48,431 nucleotides of DNA. It comes from Candidatus Woesearchaeota archaeon (GTDB lineage Archaea > Nanobdellota > Nanobdellia > Woesearchaeales > J110). Shown piece after piece: positions 41,641 through 48,431 of this stretch (positions are counted from its first letter, which is position 1; every line of letters starts with the position of its first letter). Both the position numbers and the translations under genes were made by a program. The stretch spans positions 1 to 48,431 of the forward strand of contig RFJU01000038.1 of NCBI GenBank assembly GCA_003694805.1, read 5' to 3'. The notes under the pieces were generated by a model that did no database searches, was not told the DNA's origin, and saw only the letters and a list, made by a program, of their open reading frames with translations.

Positions 41641-42630
41641 TCACTCGTGCCCTCGCAAAAACTTCGCCGCCACTTCAGGCGGGACCGGATTGATAGGAAT
41701 GCTCACTTCATGCTCAAACCCTGCCCACTTCGTCAACCGAGGAAGAATGCGCAAGTGGAAATGAAACAATCCTTGCTCTTCATCGTTGAAGAAGACGATG
41801 TTGTAAGGCGGGTTGCCCAAGGTGTCAATCCTTCGAAGAACTTTCCTCAGTATGTGCGCCAAATCACCCATTTCTTTCTTGGTCAACCTGTCCATGGCAG
41901 GAACGTGGCGCAACGGAAGTATCCACGTTTCAAACGCGAACTTTGAGGCATACGGCGCAATACACACAAAACTCTGATTGATAAACACCAACCGATGACT
42001 GTGCTTTTCCTTCGCAATGACGTCGCAAAACACACAAGACTCGTTCTTGATCCAATACTGATACGAAGCGCCAAACAACCTCGCAACCGACGGCGGAAAC
42101 ACGTTCAAACCAATGAGCTGGGCGTGAGCATGCGAAATCGAAGCTCCTGCTTCCCCTCCCCTATTCTTGAACAAAGCCGTGTAACGAACGTGAGGCATTG
42201 ACTCAATCAAGCGCATTCTTCTCGCGTAAAGCTCCAAGACGGCTTGCAAATGCTCCAAATCCAAATCCTCAAGTTCAACCCCGTGTTCAGGCGTTTCAAT
42301 GACAACCTCGTGCTTCCCATACGCCCCTGCATGCACGGCGAACGGGTCTGAACGCTTCAAGCGCGCATCAACAGCGGTGTCAACAGCGGCGAACTTGTTA
42401 GGAACGACTCTTGCAAGCCAAGGCAAACCACTCTTTGTGTCCTTCTTCGCCGGCAACTCCTCAACAATAGGAGGAAGCATGTGCTCGTTGCCAGGGCAAA
42501 AAGGGCAATGTTCAGCACTCGAAACCTGCTCTGGCTCTTTTTTGAACTGATGAGGCCTCTTTCCTCGACGCTCTGCAATAATAACGTAATCGTCAAGCAC
42601 GTAATCCTTACGCAACTGATTCTCCTTCAT
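41641..42630 (-). CDS. galT: galactose-1-phosphate uridylyltransferase-like (GalT/HIT superfamily) nucleotidyltransferase
   Basis: 'CPFCPGNE' zinc motif and 'SHAHAQL' (HxHxQ) active site. Start overlaps the upstream stop (ATGA). Confidence 0.85.
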   Translation of the reverse strand: MKENQLRKDYVLDDYVIIAERRGKRPHQFKKEPEQVSSAEHCPFCPGNEHMLPPIVEELPAKKDTKSGLPWLARVVPNKFAAVDTAVDARLKRSDPFAVHAGAYGKHEVVIETPEHGVELEDLDLEHLQAVLELYARRMRLIESMPHVRYTALFKNRGGEAGASISHAHAQLIGLNVFPPSVARLFGASYQYWIKNESCVFCDVIAKEKHSHRLVFINQSFVCIAPYASKFAFETWILPLRHVPAMDRLTKKEMGDLAHILRKVLRRIDTLGNPPYNIVFFNDEEQGLFHFHLRILPRLTKWAGFEHEVSIPINPVPPEVAAKFLRGHE

Positions 42631-44411
42631 CCTTGATGCCTCTGCAGAGCAACGTTATGCGCCTGCACATAAAAATTCACGAACTGCCGCCAATCCGCCA
42701 GAGCAGACAGGCTCTTTGCCTTTATCTTCTCATGCACCCGCTCACTCCTGTTGAGCCGCGCAAAACGAAGCAAGATCTCGAACAACTCCTGCACCGCCTC
42801 ATCATAGCTGTGCTTGTAGCGGGGCACGACATAAATTCCCCCCTCCTCCCCATGCACCTTCTTCATAACGAACCTGCCAAATCCCGCCAAGTCTGTCGTG
42901 ACAGAAGGAACGCCACAAGCAGCCGTCTCGAGCGGCGTGTACCCCCACGGCTCGTAACTAGAAGGAAACACGCCCAGATGACACCCGGTAATGGCGTCAT
43001 AATACGGAAGATTGAGCAAAGAATCACTCCCGTCAAGGTAGGCGGGGTACACTACCACTTTCACCCTGTCATCCTGCTTATTATCCAATCCCTTGCTTAG
43101 AAGAGAATTAAGCAAAGGATCATTTTGCTCATTATCAATATGATGTGTTATCATGGGCGGATTGCCCACCCTCCTAAAATGCATCAAGTCCCGCTTGAGC
43201 TCTTGAATGAAGTCCTTCTCCAGCACGAGCTTCCCATCACTCCCTGAGGAAGCAAGATCGTACACGAGCCTTTGCAAAAGCTTCTCCAAGCGACGGGCCA
43301 CGGACTCTTTCAAGTGATTGAAAAAATTCTTGTTCTCTACAATCTCCTGCTTCACCCCTCTCGTCCCCATCGGAACCCAGAAGAAAACAACAATATGACG
43401 ATCACCACCTTCTTCTTGAAGCTTCTTGTTCAACTTCGCAAGCGCGTCAATCAAAACATCAATCCCCTTATTGCGAAACTCATAACGCCCAACAAAGAAA
43501 AACATTAAGGTATGTTCCACGTCAAACGTGTAGTAGGGGAAGAAGTAATACGACAAGAACTCACGAATGATTTCTCTGTTCGTTGCATGACGAATCGAAG
43601 TCTCCTCAAACGTTGGAAACCGTTCCAGCTCAAGCCCGTTGAGCAACAACACCTCAGGCCTCCTCCCCAAGATGCGCTCCGCCTCGAGTGCAGTAATCTC
43701 AGAAACCGTTGAAAAAACGTCGGCCTGCGACGCCATTGCCCGCTCCGCAGAAAACTTATCCTGCACTCCCACCTTTTGCGCCCACTCCTGAGGATTAATG
43801 GAATCAAGCATTGCGTACAGATCATACCCGCTCCCCGCAAGCGCCCTCCCCAACATCGTCGCGTGCGTCGTGAAAACCGAGGCGATACTGGACCGAACCG
43901 AACGCAAATACAACAAGGCAAACCCTGCCAACCACTCGTGGCAATGAACAACCACCTTCTTCCCCACCAACTCCCGCTCAACCGCTTCCAGCAAAACCCC
44001 CACCGCCCACGACCACAACATGGGCTCTTCAAACTCCCAGCGGGAATGAAGCGAATCGATATGAAACTCCTCCCAGAGCTTTGCCTTAATACTGTCCTTC
44101 TGCGACAAAAGAGCTGACGCGTCAATGAGAACCACCTTCGGCTCTCCCTTTATGAGCCAGGAACCAAAATAGCACCGAATCCCTCGCGCCGAGCACTCAG
44201 CAAACGCCTTCTTCAAGAAAGAAGGCGGTTCTGCCTCATCAAGCTCCACTTGAGCGTTCTTCTCAACATAAGGGCCGACCATGAAGTACTCAGCATACCG
44301 CTCCTTCATCAAACCAGCTTTGCTCTTAAGAACGGTGTTAATACCGCCAACTTTATTGCACACTTCCCACGAACACTCAAATACCACATCCGCAATTGGC
44401 TTCTCGTCCAT
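42627..44411 (-). CDS. glycogen synthase, GT3 (eukaryote-type) family
   Basis: N-terminal 'VVFECSWEVCNKVGGINTVLKSKA' matches the GT3 signature (compare animal/yeast 'FEVAWEVANKVGGIYTVL', from memory). ~590-aa length. Confidence 0.85.
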   Translation of the reverse strand: MDEKPIADVVFECSWEVCNKVGGINTVLKSKAGLMKERYAEYFMVGPYVEKNAQVELDEAEPPSFLKKAFAECSARGIRCYFGSWLIKGEPKVVLIDASALLSQKDSIKAKLWEEFHIDSLHSRWEFEEPMLWSWAVGVLLEAVERELVGKKVVVHCHEWLAGFALLYLRSVRSSIASVFTTHATMLGRALAGSGYDLYAMLDSINPQEWAQKVGVQDKFSAERAMASQADVFSTVSEITALEAERILGRRPEVLLLNGLELERFPTFEETSIRHATNREIIREFLSYYFFPYYTFDVEHTLMFFFVGRYEFRNKGIDVLIDALAKLNKKLQEEGGDRHIVVFFWVPMGTRGVKQEIVENKNFFNHLKESVARRLEKLLQRLVYDLASSGSDGKLVLEKDFIQELKRDLMHFRRVGNPPMITHHIDNEQNDPLLNSLLSKGLDNKQDDRVKVVVYPAYLDGSDSLLNLPYYDAITGCHLGVFPSSYEPWGYTPLETAACGVPSVTTDLAGFGRFVMKKVHGEEGGIYVVPRYKHSYDEAVQELFEILLRFARLNRSERVHEKIKAKSLSALADWRQFVNFYVQAHNVALQRHQG

Positions 44412-44477
44412 CCTTACTGGAAACTCCCCCTCTTCATTGCAACACCACCACGTCTTTTCTCCACGTTTCTTCTCGTT

Positions 44478-45128
44478 CTAGGGCGTGCAGCGAACCACCC
44501 CTGTGACATACCACCCAATAACGGCGCCCAAGCCGACGCCGATGAGGAACAACAAGCACAACGCAAGCCACAGCTTCACTTTCTTCTTCGTATCCTTCTT
44601 CGCAGCCGAAGCGTGAGGATCCGCAGCGCCACGCGCTTGGTCATTCCCGCCGTTCCCCTTTGTTTCCTTAAGAGAGGCATCTTGTACAAGATCCTCTTCT
44701 TGCGAAGCGTACGGCACTCGTAAACCTTGATCTCCCTGCTCCTCTACCTGATGCGCACGCTCGGCACTGTCTTGAAACGGTGATTGCAACGACTCCCCTT
44801 CCGGCGAGCCCTCGGGTTCGAACACGACCTCTTCGCCCGCGACCGTTCCTTGATCACCTTCACCCCCCTGGCCACTCCCCGCGTTCCCTCTTGCTTCGCG
44901 AAGGACACTGAGCACTTGCTCCTTGGAGTGTGCCTGCTCGAGCTGGCGGGCAACGTCCTCGTTGCGAAGAACATGGCGAACCCAGTTGGCAAAGTCGTTC
45001 CTTCCTTCATGAACATGATGAACGAAGTCGTGCTCATCGAGCCCTTCAATGATTTGCAAGAGTTCCTCTAGCGACGCTGCAGTCTTGCCGTGTCGAAAAT
45101 AAAATTTTTGATCATCCGGTATCATCAT
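44478..45128 (-). CDS. membrane-anchored hypothetical protein (~216 aa) with an N-terminal domain paralogous to the 118-aa protein
   Basis: 'FYFRHGKTAASLEELLQIIEGLDEHDFVHHVHEGRNDFANWVRHVL', acidic/Gly-rich linker, C-terminal TM 'LWLALCLLFLIGVGLGAVIGWYV'. SD GAGGTGAGG lies directly upstream of the ATGATG at 45128/45125. Confidence 0.65.
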   Translation of the reverse strand: MMIPDDQKFYFRHGKTAASLEELLQIIEGLDEHDFVHHVHEGRNDFANWVRHVLRNEDVARQLEQAHSKEQVLSVLREARGNAGSGQGGEGDQGTVAGEEVVFEPEGSPEGESLQSPFQDSAERAHQVEEQGDQGLRVPYASQEEDLVQDASLKETKGNGGNDQARGAADPHASAAKKDTKKKVKLWLALCLLFLIGVGLGAVIGWYVTGVVRCTP

Positions 45129-45221
45129 CCTCACCTCTTTTTCCAATCCGCCGATTCAACGAAAACGTTTCCGCCACGATGTTCTTTCTTTCACCATCAC
45201 CGTTACCATACCTTTGCCACA

Positions 45222-45578
45222 TTACTTTTCTCGGAAGTACTTCTTCGTCACGTGCTTGTAAATCTCGAGGCGCAAGTGGTGCTTATCCCTCGCCCTTGCA
45301 AGCTTCTCTGCAAGCTCAACGTCCTTGAACACGTCGCGAACCCATGTGGCAAAATCGTGCCCGTCATCCCGCACGTGATGCCGAAACACTTCATCTTCAA
45401 GGTGCTCTAGCACTTCAGCCAGTTCCTTCACGTTCTTCACCGGCCTGCCATTCGCTAATATGAAATACTGTTCTTTACGAATTCTCCTGCGCAAATTCGG
45501 CTTTCCTGGACGCCCCCGCCTCCCCTGACCAAGGGAACGCCCGCGGCCAACACGACCTGAACGAGCAGCGGCACTCAT
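45222..45578 (-). CDS. small protein (118 aa): Arg/Gly-rich N-terminus plus the same conserved domain
   Basis: 'YFILANGRPVKNVKELAEVLEHLEDEVFRHHVRDDGHDFATWVRDVF'. Start overlaps the GH57 stop (ATGA). Confidence 0.65.
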   Translation of the reverse strand: MSAAARSGRVGRGRSLGQGRRGRPGKPNLRRRIRKEQYFILANGRPVKNVKELAEVLEHLEDEVFRHHVRDDGHDFATWVRDVFKDVELAEKLARARDKHHLRLEIYKHVTKKYFREK

Positions 45579-46876
45579 CGCGCACCACCCCTAACCATGC
45601 TCTGCCCATCCCGGACGCCCCCCTTTGCGCAAACGTGAAGGCTGGGATTACCTAGCAAGAGCGGCACTTGCTCCCGCCCCCGCTCTGCCCCCTCAACACT
45701 TGCCACCCTCAAGGCCAAGTCGTTGAGGACGTTCATAAATGCTATGAACGCCTCGTAAGGGCTGTCATACGGGTTGAAGTACTTATGCACATCGCCATCC
45801 GAGAACCACTTCGTACACATATAATAGGCGTGATCGCTCGTCGTCAGCCGCCTCCAATCTTCTACAAGCTTCTCGTCACGCTTTGCCTTCACCGCCGCCT
45901 CGAGCTTGTAGAGTTCGGAAAGCGCGTTTCGTTGCATGGCATTCCCAAGCCACGCGCTTACGTCACGCTCAACATCCGCCCACGAAACAAAATTATGCAT
46001 ATCCACCTCTCCTCGAACAGGGTACCGAAGAGCAGCTTCGGAAACCGTGACGAAATCATTATCCGGGTGCTTCAAGATCTCCCCCGGAAGCGCCTCTAAA
46101 AAATGAAAAATACCCGTATCTTCCCATTGGTGCTCGCCGAATGTTTCGTAATCCATAAACAAATTCACCACGTCCCCATTTCCATTCGCGGCTGACACCC
46201 ATTGAGCAAACTTTTCTGCTGTGAGCGGATACTCCTCCCACGCCGTGTTCCCAAACCGGAACGCGATGTCATCGCTGAGCTTGTAATTCTTCAAAAGCAA
46301 TTTGATACCCTGCGCGGACCTGGCTGTATAAAGAAAGTTTGGCGAGCGCCACGAAAGAATATGATCCGCGCCTTCACCCAAGACCGCCAAGAAACCCAAA
46401 TCCTCCAGCAACTTCGCAAGCTCATTGTTCAAGATAAGCTCGGTGTGGCGGAAAACACGTGGCGTCTGCCCGAAAAGCTCTCGCACTTTGTCCGTGTGCC
46501 GCTTCACTTGCGCCAAGAACTCGGGCTTAGAATACAAGTACGCTAAGGAATGATAATACGTTTCTGTTAAGAACTCAACACATCCCGTCTCTGCCAACTC
46601 TCGAAAGCTCTCAAGGACTTCCGGCGCGAACGCTTCAAACTGCTCTAAACAAACTCCTGAAATGCTAAACGAAACCTTAAACGCTCCCTTCAACCTCCGT
46701 ATCAGTCCAAGCAAAACGTTGTTCGCCGGCAGGTAGCTCTTGCGCGCTACTTTCTGCAAAATTGCTTTATTTTTCTCATCATCAAAATAGTTACTGTGCT
46801 TGCCTATTTCAAAGAGAGAATACCTTCTCAACCGGAGCGGCTGGTGGACCTGGAAATACAAACACACACTTACCAT
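45575..46876 (-). CDS. glycoside hydrolase family 57 (alpha-amylase/glucanotransferase/branching-enzyme family)
   Basis: 'LYFQVHQPLRLRRYS', 'ILQKVARKSYLPAN', 'FSISGVCLEQ', 'TETYYHSL'. Start at the ATG at 46876, preceded by AAGGAGGGTG. Confidence 0.9.
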   Translation of the reverse strand: MVSVCLYFQVHQPLRLRRYSLFEIGKHSNYFDDEKNKAILQKVARKSYLPANNVLLGLIRRLKGAFKVSFSISGVCLEQFEAFAPEVLESFRELAETGCVEFLTETYYHSLAYLYSKPEFLAQVKRHTDKVRELFGQTPRVFRHTELILNNELAKLLEDLGFLAVLGEGADHILSWRSPNFLYTARSAQGIKLLLKNYKLSDDIAFRFGNTAWEEYPLTAEKFAQWVSAANGNGDVVNLFMDYETFGEHQWEDTGIFHFLEALPGEILKHPDNDFVTVSEAALRYPVRGEVDMHNFVSWADVERDVSAWLGNAMQRNALSELYKLEAAVKAKRDEKLVEDWRRLTTSDHAYYMCTKWFSDGDVHKYFNPYDSPYEAFIAFMNVLNDLALRVASVEGAERGREQVPLLLGNPSLHVCAKGGVRDGQSMVRGGAR

Positions 46877-48159
46877 GCAACACCCTCCTTCCCCACTACT
46901 TCCTGATATACTTGCAAACATTTCCCGGCAGGAACATCCCAGGTCAGCCGCTTCACTTCCAGGTAGCCATGCTGCTTCAACTCATGATGCAGCGCTTGGT
47001 AATGCAAAAGCGAAAGTATGTGCTCCGCCAAGGACTGAACGTCCCAAAAATCAACTTTGATGCAGTGGTGCAAGACCTCGCTCACGCCCGACTGCTTTGA
47101 AATAATGCAAGGCGTCCCCTTCACCATCGCCTCAAGCGGAACCACCCCGAACGGCTCGGACACGGAGGGCATCACAAAGACATCGGCCATGCTAAACAAG
47201 ACCTCCGCTTGATTTCTATCATAAAACCCGGTGAAGAAGAATCGTTGGGACAAGCCCAGCTCCGCCACCCTGTCAATCATCCTGCCTAGTTGATCACCTG
47301 AACCGGCAAGGACGAACTTCACGTTCGGATCCCTCTCCGCAACAATTCTTGCAGCCTCAACAAAGTACTCCGGCCCCTTCTGGAGCGTCACCCTCCCAGC
47401 AAAGAGAACCACCTTATCGCCCTGTTTCACCTTGATGTCATGCACCTTCCCCTCCTGCAAGGGAACCGCGGCGTTATGCACTACCCGAATCTTCTCGGCA
47501 GGAACACCATAGCTTGTGATGAGGCGTTGTTTGACAAAGTCAGACACTGCAATGACAACATCTGCATGCTCCATCCCGTACCGCTCCATATCATACACGC
47601 GCTGGTCAACGCCAGCCCCGCCGCTCTTGTCAAATTCGGTAATGTGCACGTGCACCACCAAGGGCTTCCCCGTCGCGTACTTGGCTGCAACCCCTGCAGG
47701 GAACGTCCAATGGTCATGGGCGTGGATGACATCAAACCCTTCCGTTTCGGCGAGGTGAGCTGCAATGATGCGCACCTTTTCTGCAAAGCGATGCACCTCA
47801 GCCCAGAGATCTTCACCATACAGCGGCTTGCTCCCCCCATCAAACCGATTCATAGCAAGGGAACGCTCTAACAAAGCATTATAGGACGCCGGCGTTGCGT
47901 ACGCATGAAGCAAGGAATCTACAGGAAGAAGCGAGATCTTATCATCCGGCACGGTGTTGTTTGCGATAATGAGACGAAAGCCCTCCCCCCCGGCACCTTC
48001 CACTTCGTTTACTGCCTGCGGGCCTGAGGGCATACAATAGGTTACCTCTACACCGAGGTTTGCGAGGGCCTTGCAAAGCTGCGCGCATACGATTCCAACA
48101 CCACCTGCAAAGTAAGGTGGAAACTCCCACCCCAACATAAATACGCGGATCCTCCTCAC
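46870..48159 (-). CDS. glycosyltransferase, GT4/GT5-like (glycogen-synthase-like GT-B fold)
   Basis: 'FMLGWEFPPYFAGGVGIV', 'IHAHDHWTF', 'VMPSVSEPFGVVPLEAM' (E-x7-E region). Start uncertain: GTG 48159 is preferred, with ATG 48138 and TTG 48264 as alternatives. Confidence 0.8.
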   Translation of the reverse strand: MRRIRVFMLGWEFPPYFAGGVGIVCAQLCKALANLGVEVTYCMPSGPQAVNEVEGAGGEGFRLIIANNTVPDDKISLLPVDSLLHAYATPASYNALLERSLAMNRFDGGSKPLYGEDLWAEVHRFAEKVRIIAAHLAETEGFDVIHAHDHWTFPAGVAAKYATGKPLVVHVHITEFDKSGGAGVDQRVYDMERYGMEHADVVIAVSDFVKQRLITSYGVPAEKIRVVHNAAVPLQEGKVHDIKVKQGDKVVLFAGRVTLQKGPEYFVEAARIVAERDPNVKFVLAGSGDQLGRMIDRVAELGLSQRFFFTGFYDRNQAEVLFSMADVFVMPSVSEPFGVVPLEAMVKGTPCIISKQSGVSEVLHHCIKVDFWDVQSLAEHILSLLHYQALHHELKQHGYLEVKRLTWDVPAGKCLQVYQEVVGKEGVAW

Positions 48160-48431
48160 CCCTCTTTCCTTCTCCTTGCGCTTATGCTCCCGTGTGACAA
48201 CCAGCGCCGCATTAGGAGCGAGACCGTGCAGGACTTGCTGGCTCGGCCGCAACGAACAACACAACAGTTGCAGCAGTCAAACAAGTCACTCAACTGCTCG
48301 TGCCCACTCAGCCCTTTGTTTATGAACTGTTGTTTAAAAATGTTTTCTTTTTAAAGAAATGGTGAGGCCTGCCAACACCGATTTTTTAGAAAAAAAAGCC
48401 AAAAAAACAATTTAATTTTACATTAAAAAAC

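Overview
This window looks archaeal. It has an archaeal-type SRP54 and a tRNA with an intron at position 37/38. TTTAWAWA boxes sit about 25-35 nt upstream of first-gene start codons (largely leaderless), internal operon genes carry GGAGG-type SD sites, and terminators are oligo-T runs. Compact gene spacing and T-depleted, A/C-rich coding strands suggest an uncultivated small-genome (DPANN-like) archaeon, but that is inference only.

Layout:
- 1-5000: housekeeping genes (RecJ-like DHH fragment, SRP54, tRNA-Asn) and small hypotheticals.
- 5151-27841: a ~23-kb cell-surface island. It encodes a 637-aa Cys-rich membrane protein and a 76-aa / 211-aa / 431-aa operon. It also encodes an HTH -> 3818-aa giant beta-helix/Ig/LamG/FG-GAP protein -> 450-aa operon, an ~890-nt non-coding control region with palindromes, and two tandem RHH genes translationally coupled to a 1246-aa cadherin-like protein.
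- 27976-32340: a MoxR-DUF58-vWA (Bat-like) cluster plus a DUF212 protein.
- 32420-32547: intron-containing tRNA-Thr.
- 32813-38297: a PadR / MacB-type ABC / Ig-repeat surface protein / two FtsX permeases module.
- 38532-39566: an AI-2E transporter.
- 39630-48159: a minus-strand glycogen cluster (GT4/5-like GT, GH57, two small paralogous-domain proteins, eukaryote-type GT3 glycogen synthase, GalT-like, GDE_C debranching enzyme).

The most interesting signal is the giant-protein locus. The giant protein's C-terminal ~140 aa resemble the neighbouring 211-aa secreted protein. Three proteins share an 'MLISLF'-type N-terminal hydrophobic segment. A 76-aa protein is little more than an anchor plus two repeated beta-strand motifs. 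Two paralogous Ig-repeat membrane proteins close the two operons. Together these suggest an undescribed subunit/tip-adhesin fibre system.

All homology calls are motif recognition by eye; no searches were run.
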